The notes under the pieces: model-generated
What the model was told of the DNA's origin: nothing
The model's input: only the letters and a program-made list of their open reading frames with translations
Databases searched by the model: none
NCBI RefSeq assembly: GCF_964194155.1
Contig: NC_135915.1
Span: forward strand, 4,154,001-4,218,000
Reading direction: 5' to 3'
DNA: 64,000 nt
Origin: Cetorhinus maximus
Lineage: Eukaryota
Part shown: positions 24,396 through 37,424 of the stretch, one piece after another
How positions within the stretch are numbered: position 1 is the stretch's first letter
Layout: every line of letters starts with the position of its first letter
Translations under genes and position numbers: made by a program

Positions 24396-25051
24396 GAAAG
24401 GAAAAAACTGCGGATGCTGGAAATTCAAAATCAAAATAAAAATACCTGGAAAAACTCAGCAGTTCTGACAGCATCTGCGGAGAGGAACACAGTTAACGCA
24501 TCAACTCTGTATGACTTTTCAACAGAACTGAGGAAAAATAGAAAAACAACAACTTTACATCATGAACTCTCCCCTCTTCCCCACCCCCTTTCCGAACCCC
24601 CTTTTTTTCCCAATAATTTATATGGATTTTTCTTTTCCCACCTTTTTCCATTGTTTTTAAATGTATTTCCATCCATTGTTTCATCTCTACCTTTTAGCCT
24701 ATTTCGATCCCTTCCCCCCCACCTCACCCCCACTAGGGTTATCTGTACCTTGCTCGTCCTGCTTTCTACCCTTAATGTCACCTATTAGCACATTTCTTAG
24801 AAAATATCACCACCGTCAACACCTCTTGGTCCTTTTGCCTATGACATCTTTTGGCTATCTCCACCTATCACTGGCCCTCTATCCACCTCTACTTGTCCCA
24901 CCCCCCTTAAAGCAGCTTCTATTTCACCTCCTTTCGCTTTTTCCTTAGTTCTGTTGAAGAGTCATACCGACTTGAAGCGTTAAATGTGTTCATCTCCACA
25001 GATGCTGTCAGACCTGTTGAGTTTGTCCAAGTATTTTTATTTTTTGTTTAA
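24396..25051 (+). mobile_element. Penelope-like 3' fragment with inverted tail copy at its 5' end, 12-bp TSD
   Basis: GAGTCCTCAGGT at 24384-24395 and GACTCCTCAGGT at 25052-25063. 24396-24545 is the reverse complement of the tail at ~24935-25050. The body matches the 3' region of the element at 53545-54070. Confidence 0.85.
24947..24985 (+). ncRNA. Hammerhead-ribozyme-like motif (decayed)
   Basis: AGUU-CUGUUGA-A-GAGUC..GACUU-GAAGC-GUU. An inverted second copy lies at ~24490-24531. Confidence 0.5.
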
Positions 25052-25179
25052 GACTCCTCAGGTATCCCCGGCATAAAGTTTAAACGGGGCTCTCAATTCA
25101 CTCACTCACTGGACTGTTTCCGGCATCCTGAACACGCTTTCCCACTAACTGTGCAAGGATGTCATGGGAGGTACCAGGT

Positions 25180-26230
25180 TTTCCATAGATTCAACCATGT
25201 GGAAAATATTATATTAATCAGTTTATAGAGACACAGATTCAGCGGATCAGGCAAAATGAGATCCATTGTATTACATAGTGCCAGATCCACTGTTTCAAGT
25301 AATGTCAGATCCTTTGGAGCAGAGCGAGTGAGATCCATTGGGCCCAATTGCGTCAGGTCTAACGTTTCTGATAGTGTCAGGTCCACTGGATCAGACAGAT
25401 TAAGATCCCCTGGAACAGACAGTGTCAGATCATCTGGCTCAGACAGAGTGATATCCAATGGTCCAGATCGTGCCAGGTCCAATAGATCGGACATAGTCAG
25501 ATTTCATGGTTCAGATTGTGTCATGTCAACTGGAGCAGACAGTTTCAGACCTTCTGGATCACACAGAGTGTGGTCCGCTGCTCCAGATAGTGCCGAAACT
25601 TTGAAATGATTAGTGATAGATCTCCTGTATCAGGCAGTGTTACAACGTTTGGTTCAGGCAGTGCTGCAGGCTTTGTCAGGTGCTCTGGTTCAGAAAGTGT
25701 CAGATACACTACAGCAGGCAGTGTCATTTTCTCAGGCTCAGAGAATGTCAGATGCTCCGGTTACAGCAGGGCCAGATCCTCTTTTTCAGTTAGTGTCAGG
25801 TTTTCCAGTTCAGATAGTTTCATGTAATCTGGATCGGACAGAGTGAGATTCAATGTTTCAGAGAGTGTATTGCGTTCTGTTTCACCCAGTGCCTCATCCT
25901 CTGCTTCAGTGTCAGGTCCACTGGATCAGGCACTATCAGATTCACTGGATCCGAAATGTCAGAAAATGTCAGATCCTATGGATCAGACAGAGTGAGATGC
26001 ACTGTTGCAGTCAGTGCCAGGCGCTCTGATTCAGACAGAATGGGATCCAACGGTGCAGACTGTGTCAGATCCTGTGGTTCAAGTCAGATCCTCTGGATTG
26101 GAGAGTATCATATGCGCTGATCCAGACAGGATGAGATCCAATGGTGCAAATAGTGCCTTGTGCTCTGATTCAGTCAGTGTCTCATCCTCATGTTCAGCCA
26201 GTATCTGATCCTTTGTTTCAGCGAATGCCT
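25180..26230. repeat. Degenerate 24-bp tandem repeat (consensus about gtgtcagatcc-ctggttcagaca), part 1
   Basis: 'tcagatcc' motifs recur at 24-bp periodicity. The minus frame reads (DLTLSEP)-like octapeptides (ORF 25162-25494). Confidence 0.8.
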
Positions 26231-26369
26231 CATCCCCGATACATTGCTGAGTGGGTAGTGGGGGGGTAGTGTGGACGGAGGGTGGGGGGTGGGGCGGGGT
26301 GTGGTGGTTTGGGGGGGAGCGTGGGAGGAGGGGACTTGTTGGGAAGAGGGTCAGATATGTAGGCAGAGA

Positions 26370-28860
26370 ATATTAAATGTATTAGGGCAATACTAGTAGG
26401 GGATTTCAACTTCCCCAATATTAATGGGGATAGTGTTGATGTGGAATTCTTAGAGGGAGCGGGTTAAGGGGGTGGTGGACGTTGACGGGTATCTTAAAGT
26501 GCATGCAGGAGATCTTTTTTGAGCATACACGCATCAATTCATACAAGAGAGGGGACGTTACTGGACGGTGTCTTTGTGAATGAAGCCGGGCAAGTGGCAA
26601 AAGTGTCAATGTGGGAGGATTTCCAAAATAATGACCATAACTCTGTAAGATTTAAGTTAATTATAGGAAAGGATAAAGATGGACCGGAAATAAACGTCAT
26701 GAATTGGAGATGGCCGATTTCAAAATGACAAGACAGGATCTGGCCAAAGTGGATTCGGAGCAGCTACTTGTTGCAAAGTCTACATCAAACCAGTGGGAAG
26801 CATACAAATTGGAAACAGTAAGATTTCAGGGCCAACATATTCCCGTAGAGGAGAAGGGCAGGATCAACAAGGTCAGTGCACTCTGGATGTCAAGGTATAT
26901 AAGCAAAATAAAGAAAGCTCAAGTCAGATACAGAGGGCTGAAAACAGTGGATGCCCTAGAGTAGTATAGAAACTGTAGGGGGTACTGAAAAAGTAATTAG
27001 GAGGGCGAATAAGGGGCAAGATGAAGGAAAATCACAAGGCATCTTATAAATATATTAAGGGTAAGAGGATAATCAGGGAAAAGGTTGGGTGCATTATGGA
27101 CCAGAGTGGTAATGTGTGCGTGGAGGTGAAGGACGTAAGTGATGATTTGAATAATTAACTTTCACTTGTGTTCACAAAAGGGAAGGACGACATACGTGTA
27201 TTGATCAGGGAGGGGGACTATGATATACTTGAACAAATTGGTATTGGAAGCGAGAAGGTGTTAATGATTTAGCGGGAATGAACATTGTTAAACCCACAGG
27301 ACCAGATGAGGTGTATCCCAGGCTGCTCTGTGAGGCAAGGGAGGAGATCGCAAGGGCCCTGACGCTAATTTTCAAAACCCTTTGGCCACAGTAGAGGTGC
27401 CAGAGGACTGGAGGACAGGAAGTGTAAAACATTATTCAAGAAGTGTTGCAGTTATAAAGCTGGTAATTACAGTCCAGTGAGTCTTACATCAATGGTAGGG
27501 AAACTATTCACAAAAATAAGTCTGTGGGACAGGATTAATCTCCACTTGGAGAGGTAGGGGTTAATCAGAGATAGTCAGCATGGCTTTCTCAGAGGGAGGT
27601 CATATCTAACAGATTTGACTGAATTTTTCGAGGGGCTGGCTGGTTGTGTAGATGAGGATAGTGCTGTTGATGTAGTGAACATGTACTTCAGTAAGGCTTT
27701 TGACAAGGACCCACATGGGATCCAGGTCAATAAGTTAAGTGCCCATGGGATACAGGGCAATTTGGTAAATTTGAGCCAAAATTTACCTTGTGGCAATGGC
27801 AGAGAGTGATGGTCGAAGGTTGCTTTAGCGACTCGAAGCCTTTGTCCAGTGGCGTACCACAGGGATCGGTGCAGGGACCTCTGCCGTTTTTAGTGCACAT
27901 TAATGATTTTGACGTGAATATAGAAGCTATGATCAGAAGCTTCGGAGATTGGTGGTGACGTAATTAGTGAGGAGGAAAGCCTTAGAGTCCTGGACGATAT
28001 AGGTAGGCTCGTAGACGGGCAGAGCGGTGGTAAATGGAACTTAATCCTGACAAATGTGAGCTGATGCATTTTAGGAGGCCAAACACGGCAAAGGAATACA
28101 CAGTGAATAGTAGAACCCTCAGAAGAACAGGGTATCAGAGGGACCTTGGTTTAGATGCCCATTGATCCCTGAAGGCAGCAGCGGAGGAAGATAAAGTGGT
28201 TAGGATGGCTTACAGGATACTTGCATTTATTAGCTGAGGCATAGAATTTAGAATCGGGCAGATTATTTTGGAGCTTTATAAAACGATATTTAGGTCACAG
28301 CTGGAGTACTGTGTGCAGTTCTGGTCGCCAAACTATAGGAAGAATGTGATTGCACTTGAGAGGATGCAGAGGAGATGTAGCAGGATTTTGCCTTGGCTGA
28401 GAATTTCAGCTATGAAGAAAGGCTGGATAGGCTAGGGCTGTTTTTCTTACAGCAGAGAATGCTGGGGGGGGGGAGGGGGGGCGGCTGACAGAGGTAGGCA
28501 AAACTTTGAGCGCTATAGATTTTGGAGGTGAGAAGAATCATTTGCCCTGATCTGATGTGTAAATAACCAGGGGGCATTGATTTAAGGTAAGGCGATTTGA
28601 GGATTTTTTTTTACACCTAGATGGGCTTGGAATATGGAACACTCTGCCAGAGGTGGTGGTAGAGGACCGAAACTTCACAAACTTTGAGGAGTATTCAGAT
28701 GAGCACTTGAAACGTCATAGCAGACATGGCTATGTGCCCAGTGATGGAAAATGCGATTAGAGTAGGTTGGTGCAGGTGGCCAAGAGAGACACGATGGGAT
28801 GAAGGGGCTGTTCCTGCGCAGTACAAGTCCACAACTGTGACTTTGTGACTCTATGGAACT
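26370..28860 (+). mobile_element. CR1 ORF2 fragment (endonuclease end, RT, 3' UTR)
   Basis: VGDFNFP, GPDEVYPRLL, VDVVNMYFSKAFDK, GVPQGS and QLEYCVQFWSP motifs. Confidence 0.9.
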
Positions 28861-28869
28861 TATTCAGCT

Positions 28870-29150
28870 ACTATTGGATCCCCTGGCTCAGCGAGTGCCT
28901 GAACCCCTTGTTCAGCGAATCACTGATTCCCTGTTTCAGCGAGTGACTGATTCCATGATTTCGCTGATGGCTGATCCCCTGATTCAATCATTGTCAAACC
29001 AACTGTTTCGGCCAATGTCAGACCCTCTGTAGAGACAGTATCATATCGTCTGTTTCAGCAAGTGTCAGATCCCCTGGCTCTGCCAGTGTCTGATTCCCTG
29101 GTTCTGCATGTGTCAGATCGTCTGGCTCTCCCAGGCTCTGGTCCTCCAGT
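28870..29150. repeat. Degenerate 24-bp tandem repeat, part 2 (split from part 1 by a CR1 insertion)
   Basis: Same unit. The minus frame reads EPDDLTHAEPGNQTLAEPGDLTLAE. Confidence 0.75.
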
Positions 29151-32100
29151 ATTGTCATAACCAGGAAATATATTTTTTTACAGTGCACACAATAGTTATT
29201 TGCAGTAGAACAACTTGTTATATACACCAAGGCTTTAATTTTACCTCATTTTGGGAGAAGAATGAATTGATTTAAAAAGAATGAGGAAGTGCAGGAGGTT
29301 CGTATTCTGGGGATTTCGGGTTCATTCAGTGTCTGGGCAGCAGCAGGTGACTCTGCAATTATGCGAACACGTTGCAGGCACATCGGGAGACTTGGAAACA
29401 TTTTGGACGTTCCAGGAGTAAGTTTGAAAATTCCGCTGCGCGATCTCGTAGCTGCTGTTGATCATTATTGAATAACTTGCCACCCCTTTGCGTAGAAACT
29501 CAACGTCTCCCCGAACCTAAAACTGACTGGTGAAATATGCATCCAAGACAATAGCACAAGTGTTATTATATCTGATTTCTGATCATTCTCCAGTAGGACA
29601 TTCAATTTGTTCTTCATTATCCAGACATTATTTTCGCTGCCAGACATTTCCAGGTCTCTGTCACAACCACTGGGTAACAGGACAGGCGTTCAGCAAATCA
29701 GTCAATAAACTTTCACCACTGTGGTGATGAACTGCAGCACTGAAACCAGCGGAGCTCTCAACAGTCCAGTAAAGAAGAAGACCACAGCAACTGCCTGATC
29801 GTCTTGAGCTCTAAGGATCTGTGAAACAACTTTGTGAAAATTTCGCAGCAGACTGTCGGCTGCATGTTCTGTCATTGCTCTGACCCGCAGAACAGATCAG
29901 TTGGGGAACTAATAAATCCTGAGTTTCTCTCCATTTGTGGAACCATATGTCCGTGTGTTTTGTTGCACACAGTCTGCTAACGTTTAGAAAGAGATCTGAA
30001 GTCCATGTGACCTTGCAAAATTATGCAAAACAAGTTTTGTCGTTTTCAGACTTTTGCTGTGCAAAGTTCACTGAAATCAACCAAGACTAAACATTGATGA
30101 GCAGGCAACTAACACATTAAATTACAGGTAATATATCCCGCTTGAACTTCATAACTAAAAAGAAAAACTCACTCCGAGTTTATACATTATAGACACTATA
30201 TGGAGTCTTGTAGCCCTAACCGTAAAGTCTGGCGCATTCCTGCTCTAACAGAACCCTTTTCCCTTCTTCACCGAGGTGAAACAAAGTCTCTACCATTCAA
30301 GGCTTTGAACATAATCGACTGAAATTGCCATTCAAGATTCCCTCTGGTGGTTCCACCATTTTTTACTCTTACTATTCCATGGTTGTAACGAGTTATCTGC
30401 TTGGTAATTATCTGAAAAGCAATCCTTTCCTTCTGCATGGGATAGCAGCACGTACTGTGGGTCTTCATTCCCCTGATACTTCCAATCTGACTCATTCAGA
30501 GATTTTGAAGTCTGTACTCATCGAAGTACATGTTACTACTTCTTTTGTGTCAAGGTCTTAAAGCTCATCACTGACTTTCAGTAGGGTTGAACCTCGGTCC
30601 CCTATATCCATGTCAACCAGATCACAGTGCCTTGTCTCCTGGAAGAGTTCAATTCAACTTCACACCGTTCTCCAATCCAGGACATTATTTTCTTGCTTTT
30701 AATTGGAAGAGAAAGCTTAGATCATAACTAACTTATAATGTCCACCAGTCATGACAGTTGGCTGATTCAATAGCAGCATCACGGTTTTCTTGAAGTTCTC
30801 ACTTGAAGCCCCACATGACAGAGTTTCAAACTTCGTTTCTGCAATTCAGTATCAGCAGCAAAATCATTAAGCAGAGAACGATTAAGAAATTTACTTAGAT
30901 AAATAAGTCGTGTGATGAATATTAGGGGGATAAATGTGTTGAACGATCCTCCCAATTCATGTTTAATGAGAATCTCATGCCACTCATTGCCAGAGATAAT
31001 ATTTCTCGCGGATGGATTAGTTATTTTCCAAACTGCTGCTTAAAAGCACTCACTGCAAAGTCTCTGCCCCTTTCCAACTGATTTTCATACGTGCTTGATG
31101 AACTTGTCTGAATGGATGGTGAAAGGAACAGGACACAACTGCAGCTGTGGTGTCTGTGGTCAAATTCGTCACACAATGTAGAACCCGGTGTTTCATACCC
31201 TGGAAAGGAACAGACTCCAACTGAACCCTCAGTTTACCAAGTATTTCTGAGACCTGGTTCTGAAGTTCACTGCTTCGTTGTTAAAAGCTGATTTGCATTT
31301 ACAAGCACAGCGGCTGCACTGGAAGACCTGGGGAGTTCGAATATTTTCTTGCAGAATAGCCGTCCCACGAAGCTATGCTATCCAGCTGAATACGGCCAAC
31401 TAATCGCTCGTCCCTGTGTGGGTTATGGCGCCACCGTGCAATTCCAAGCGCTTCTTCAATGATGTGAAAGTAGCAGCCAGTACGGTCCAGGGCTATAGAC
31501 ACCAAACTAGGCGGCAGCCGAATGTCGATGAACAGCATTGGACGCTCCCAGATTGGCTTCATCCATATCCACATCACACAACACCCCCAAACCTGGCCGC
31601 CCACCAGCATCAACAAACACGGTCGAATCTGGCTTTACGTGTGCCACATATTCCGCCCTCTTGACCCTTCAGTACCTTGCCAGGATGTGCCCAGGCCTTC
31701 GGGTACATAACTGCCTCATCTGCTATATCTCACAGGCACTGACAAACCTGCGCTGTCACCTGGAAAGCAGCGTGTGTATGAGAGTGCCGTGGGTGATTGG
31801 GATACCCCACATTTCTCTTGAGCTGGGGAAATGATTTTCAGTGGATAGTCAATCTCCATTGTGACAATACATGTGTTAAAGTAGTGTTGATGCAATACTT
31901 TGTCTCTGTGTCCAAAGGAGGGGGTGTTCGACTTCTATCATTTTCAGCATTTCCGCCAGTTTTACGGCTGGGATTTTTTTTTCACAGGTTCCAGTTGGGA
32001 ACTCACTATGTGCCGTGGGTGCCTCCGTGTTGCTGAGCAGTGAGTCGTCTTCCGCCATTTGACCTGCATTTCAGTTGGTGGAATGGACGAGACCACACCC

Positions 32101-32200
32101 GCCGGAAGCGCTAACTCACTAACACCGTCACACGGAGCCGTTTCCTCTGCCTGATATGGGACAGTCACGATGGTGTCAGACACATGCAGACCTCCAACAG
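29150..32200 (-). pseudogene. Decayed MROH (maestro HEAT-like repeat) family pseudogene, apparently intron-poor
   Basis: Minus-strand fragments with stops and frameshifts resemble the MROH1 C-terminal half, in the expected order: SSAAAVLVN..RSSELQNQVSEILGKLRVQL..VLHCVTNLTTDTTAAVVSCSFHHP, then HEILIKHELG..IFITRLIYLS, LRVRAMTEHAADSLLRNFHKVVSQILRAQDDQAVAVVFFFTGLL and MTILED. Recognised from memory of MROH1 motifs (e.g. RLARAMAEHA), not by a search. Confidence 0.65.
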
Positions 32201-32934
32201 GAGATTTCACAACCCCTTAAACCAACAGTGCTGGAGAAACCATTTTGCTGTGGATTAGCCTGGCCCACCTAACAAAGCTACTCTACCTCACACCAGCCCA
32301 CTTCTCCAGAGGTGGAGATGTCACGAATCTCCACAGCAAGTCCCAGTCATCTATCGGAGGACGTTCTTCCTACAAAGAATCTGAATTTTGATGCCTGTCT
32401 TTAACTGCTCTCAGCTTGAATGCAGCCTGCATCCTATTACACAAAGCAATCGGCCTCACCTCTTTCAACGTGTGTGACGCAACCTGGGTAGGCATTTCTG
32501 TGTTCCTTCAGTCCAGCACCAGGAGGTGCCCCGATCGTTGGGCACGTCTCAGTCTCTGACTGAGAAATTGAAAAACTCCCTAGTCCACCTGGAAGGCAGC
32601 TTCCCTATGAATATGCGGTCGGTGAATGGAATCTGTTAAAATTCTATCTATGGTGGGACAATGGGGCAGTGGCTGCCAACGGGTTCCCGTTCAGCTAGGA
32701 CAACTAAAGCAGTGCTGATGAGTTTCCCTCTCGCTGTTACCGAGCAATGGCTGTTGGGGGGCGGCAGTGTGAGGGTGGGGCTGCGTGAGGGTTGAAGGGG
32801 CGGAAGTGTCCCCGCTTCCATTTTCAGTTGTGAATTTATTGCATTCTTTTAGTGCCTCAGTGCCAGTGACCAGTGTATACTCTTCCTTCATTTCCCTGAT
32901 CTTGACCACATAACAACGGAGCAGATAAATTATT

Positions 32935-34565
32935 TTGGACAGCAAGCAAAGAAATGGCTCCTCCAATTGTTCAACCACTGCCTGGCAACACACATGTTAC
33001 CTAATATTTGGCAGAAGGCACAGGTAACAGCACTATTAAAGCCCAGCAATGATCCCTCAGATCCTAAGAGTTTTCTGCCAATTTCTCGGCTTTGCCACAC
33101 CAATAAGCTGTCTGAATGCCTGATACTCAATAGGATAGCACCAACTGTAGATGAGAAGATCATTCCAGAGCAAGCAGGTTTCCACCCTGGCAAATCAACA
33201 ACAAACCAACTGCTCAACATCACACAACATATCGAAGATGGTTTTGAGCAAGGGATGGTAACTTGTGTTGTTTTTGTTGACCTGTAATCAGCATCTGATA
33301 CAGTGAACCATCGATGTCTCCTCTGCAAGTTCCTAGAGATGACAAAAGATATTCACTTAACAGAGCTGTTAGAAAGCATGCTTCAGAATCGCCGGTTCCA
33401 TGTTGAACTAGGTGGGTATTGCAGCTGATGGCGTATTCAGAAGTATGGTCTTCCTCAGGGAAGCGTGCTTGCTCCGCTGCTGTCAACACCTACACGAATG
33501 CCCAACCTATAGACGGTGTCACACGCCGTCGTGTATTTGCTGATGACTTATGTGCAATTGCCAAAGGCACTGATTTTAACACCGTGGAGAAAACGATTTC
33601 TGAAGTCTTGGGGGGACTAAGATCGTAATATGAAGAAAACCACCTTCGCACAAATCCAACAAAGACACAAGTTTGTGCACTCCAACTCAGAAACCAAGAA
33701 GCCAAACGCCAGATTGAAGTAACCTCGTGTGGAGCAACACTGACACATTCCGAGCACCCTAACTACTTAGGTGTCACACTTTATAGATGCCTCACCTTCA
33801 AGAACCACATTGAAAAGACAAAGGCAAAAGTGAGCGCCTGAAACAACATCCTGAATAAGCTCACTAACACAAAATGGGGAGCAATCTCGAAATCATTGCG
33901 AACCAGTGCACTTACTCTTTGTATTCCACTGCCAAATACGCCTGCACTGCATGGGAAAGATCGACTCAAACTAAGAAGATGGATGCGTTTCTGAATGCAA
34001 GCTGTCAAGTTATCACATGTTGTTTAAAACCAATACACACCAACAGCCTGTATATCCTGGCGGGTATCGGTCCCCCTGATATAAGAAGAACGGTAGCCAG
34101 CAATAAAGAGCCGCTCCGTCAAACATGAGATGGTCATAAACATACACCCAGCTGCTTAAAGTCACGAAGAGCTTCATTAAAAGTGTTGTTCCATTACAAT
34201 CAACCCCATCTGAAGCCCGCATCGTCTTGTGGAAATATCGGCTCGCCAGTCTCGAAGAAAAACCCAGCGATGGAAATTCTCCCGGATGAAAGCCTTCCCC
34301 CAGCAGCTAATTGCAACTGGGCAACCTGGAAGTGCCTTAACAGACTTAGGACTGGAGTAGGTCTTTCAAAGGTGTCACTAAGCAAATGGAGACATATACC
34401 CAGCCCGACAACTTGTGAATGTGGAACTGAGCCACAGGCTATGTAACATCTCCTGCAATGCCTATCGCCAGAGTAACCCTGCACTTTTGCAGATCTTGCC
34501 GAATTCCAGTTGTGTCCAGTTCTGGCTGGGCCATGTAAAGACTGTCCTTGGACATGATTACAAGA
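32935..34565 (+). mobile_element. Vingi/Ingi-like non-LTR retrotransposon, 5'-truncated and decayed
   Basis: RT motifs WQKAQVTALLKP..EQAGFHPGKSTTNQLLNITQHIEDGF..VFVDL and FADDL. C-terminal WKCLNRLRTGVG..CECG..HLLQC zinc-knuckle region. Confidence 0.72.
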
Positions 34566-34751
34566 ATCAGATCCCTGGTCTGTTGTTGCGGAGCATGGAG
34601 GAGGCCTCGTCTAGAATTGTTTCACACTCACTGTAGATTCCTTCCAGAATCAGGTGGCACCCAGATCTTTGGAGAGATTTCCATCGTGTCTCCCGTGTCA
34701 CAAAGTCTTTGAGAAACTATTGAGCCCATCCAGCTGGCCGCTTGCGGTTGA

Positions 34752-35695
34752 CAAGAAAATTAGGGTGTTGGTAAATAGTGAGGAGGACAGCCTTAGATTA
34801 CAAGAGGATATAGAAGGGCTGGTCAGCTGGGCTGATAAGTGAAATATTGAATTTAATCTGGATAAGTATAGGGTGATGCACTTGGGCAGGACAAACAATG
34901 CACGGGAATGCACGATGAATGCAAGGACCCTGGGATGAACCGAGGATCAGAGTGAACTTGGTGTGCATGTCCGCCCGTCCCTTAAGATAGCGGGGCAGGT
35001 AGATAAGTTTGTTAAGGGGGCATATGGGATTCTTGTCTTTATTAGCCAAGGAATATAATATAAGAGCAGGGAGGTTATGCTGGAACTGTATAAAACACTG
35101 GTTAGGCCACAGCTTGAGTATTGCATGCAGTTCTGGAGTTCGCATTGTAGGAAGGATGTGGTTGTAGCGGAGAAAGTGCAGAGAAGATTTAACAGTGTGT
35201 GCCGGGGGTGTAGAGATTTAGTTATGAAGAGAGATTGGATAGACTGACATTAATTTCATTGCAGCAGAGGCAATTGAGGGGGGCATGACTGATGTGTATA
35301 GAATTATGAGGAGCATAGATAGGGTAGACAGGAAGGGACTTTTCCACTTGATGGAGGGATCAATTACAAGCGGGCAAAGATTTAATGTAAGGGGCAGAAG
35401 ATTTATAGGGGATGTGAGAAAGAATGATTTTTATAGCGGATGTGAGGAATATTACTTTTTCACCCGGAGGGCGGTGGGAATCTGGAATTCAGTGCCTGAA
35501 AGGGTTCTAGAGACAGAAAGCATCATAATATCTATGAAGTGTTTGGATGTGCACTTGTGATGCCCTGGCATAAAAGGCTATGTGCCTAGTGCTGGAAAAT
35601 GGGATTAGAATTGTCAGGTTCTTGTTTGGCCGGTGCAGACTGGATGGTTCGAACGTCTTTTTCCTGTTCTGTAGGCCTCTATGATGTTATGACTT
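34752..35695 (+). mobile_element. CR1 3' fragment
   Basis: LVRPQLEYCMQFW and WNSVPERV motifs, followed by a CR1 3' UTR. Confidence 0.9.
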
Positions 35696-36129
35696 GTATA
35701 TCAGAAGGTATCGCCATCCCACAGGACCATAACACACCACTTGAAAATTCACAATGACATGTTTAACTTGTCAATGGAACCGTGACTATGTCACTCGGCT
35801 CCAGTCCCACAATCCGGCTCCCTGGAGCGTTTTGTTTCATCTTCTCTCCAACTCCAAATTCAGATCCAGTTACAATAACATGTTTCCTGCACTTGCTGGT
35901 AGGAACTTCCATCTTCCCAAACTCAAAGGCTACATGCTGAGCCACCACGGCAATTGAGGCTTTTGCATTGTTGCCACATTGGACCAGATTTCCACCTGTT
36001 TCCTCTTCACTGAGCACCAGTTTTGCCAACCCATAAATCGTCGGGGAAGTGTGGATGGAAATCATTGTTTCCCAGAACCTTCCATGTCACCAAATGTAAA
36101 TGACCAATGTCGTCATGTTCATGACTGAC

Positions 36130-37420
36130 AGTGCGGGGGTACAATGTTGACCCACAGTAGTACCTGCCTGCAGAAACAGGCGGAAAACAGAGCCCACAGA
36201 CACTTGGAGGCAGAGCTTCTAGACAACACAATCACTGGGAACAGATGCACGGGGGCAAAGAAAGAACACGGTCAACAAATTATCAGAGGCAGGGGAATAT
36301 GGCGAATGTGGAAGAGAAGAAATCAACAACTCCATTCCCTAGGAAATGTCGATGAGGTTGAAGATACATACGAGAAAGGAACTAGACAACTGAATGACAT
36401 TTAAAGACATGACTTTTCCTGGACAGAAGTAATTTACACAACTACTCAGACCTGGATGAGGTGGGAAATACGCTCACAAACAATAATGCAAAGCTTAAGG
36501 CCAGAGCACAAAGAAATGTTAAAACGTTCAGGCTAAAACCAGGAAATATTTCCTGAAATTTTGAAAGGGAATACTTCCCCGAAGAAAGATGCAATGAAAG
36601 CCAGGAAACATACTTTGACGGTCTAAGGTGGGACTGATATTTCATAGCTGGGGATGAGCAAAGTGAAAGTGCCCAAAAGGAAGTGACGTTAATTGAATTT
36701 TATAAACCACTGAAAGAGATGGACCTGCTATCCGGGGATTGAGCAGTTGTGAAAAGCTGTATCTGATCTCAGCAAATCAAGAAATGAATGAGGCGTCACT
36801 GAGGATTGAAAATAATACATTCATTGAAAAAGCGTCCTCCAAGCAGATGAAAGAAAGATCTGGCCCAATTGGACCCAGAGTGTTTAGATAAAATATGTGA
36901 ATGCACTGAATATATTGAGTATCACATGATGATTGATCCAGAGAATATCACTGTTTCATGCCCCATGTAAATTACCAATAGAGCTGAAAGGATGCTTGAA
37001 AGTGAGCTCCAAGAGATGGAGAGAAGAAAATAATTACCCAAGTCACAGAGCGTAGAGATTGGTAAATTGAAATGCCGTGAAAGAGAAGGCAAATGGGCGA
37101 GTAAGTATTTGCCTGGATCCCAAAGACCTAATTCAAACAATAAAGAGCACTGATTTTGTTATTCCAACAGTGCAAGGGACCATGTCAGGACTGGCAGGTG
37201 CCAATGCTTACAACAGCTTGATACCAGATATGGCGACTAGAACGTGAAGCTTGATGAGGAATCTTCACTGCTGAGATCATTCAACACAAGCTTTGGGCTG
37301 TTCAAATTTCGGCATCAATCATTTGCCCTTAAAGTGAGCACGGATGTGTTGGAGCAGAAATCAGATTTAAACAGGGGATGCAAAGGAGCAGTCAGCATTA
37401 ATGATACCGAGCTCTATGTG
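36130..37420 (+). mobile_element. Gypsy-type LTR retrotransposon remnant (gag/RT, degraded)
   Basis: LESELQEMER..IITQVTE near 37000 and LDTRYG..NVKLDEESSLL.SFNTSFGLFKF..FALKVS..GCKGAVSI resemble Gypsy RT. Confidence 0.72.
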
Positions 37421-37424
37421 TGAA

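Noticed and set aside
23876-24474. Multiple overlapping ORFs in the GC-rich block
   Set aside because: Expected from high GC content; no recognisable domain, and some run into the Penelope insertion.
29150-32200. Endogenous viral element as an explanation for the unique coding-like region
   Set aside because: No viral polymerase, capsid or glycoprotein motif was recognised; the ordered fragments fit MROH HEAT repeats better.
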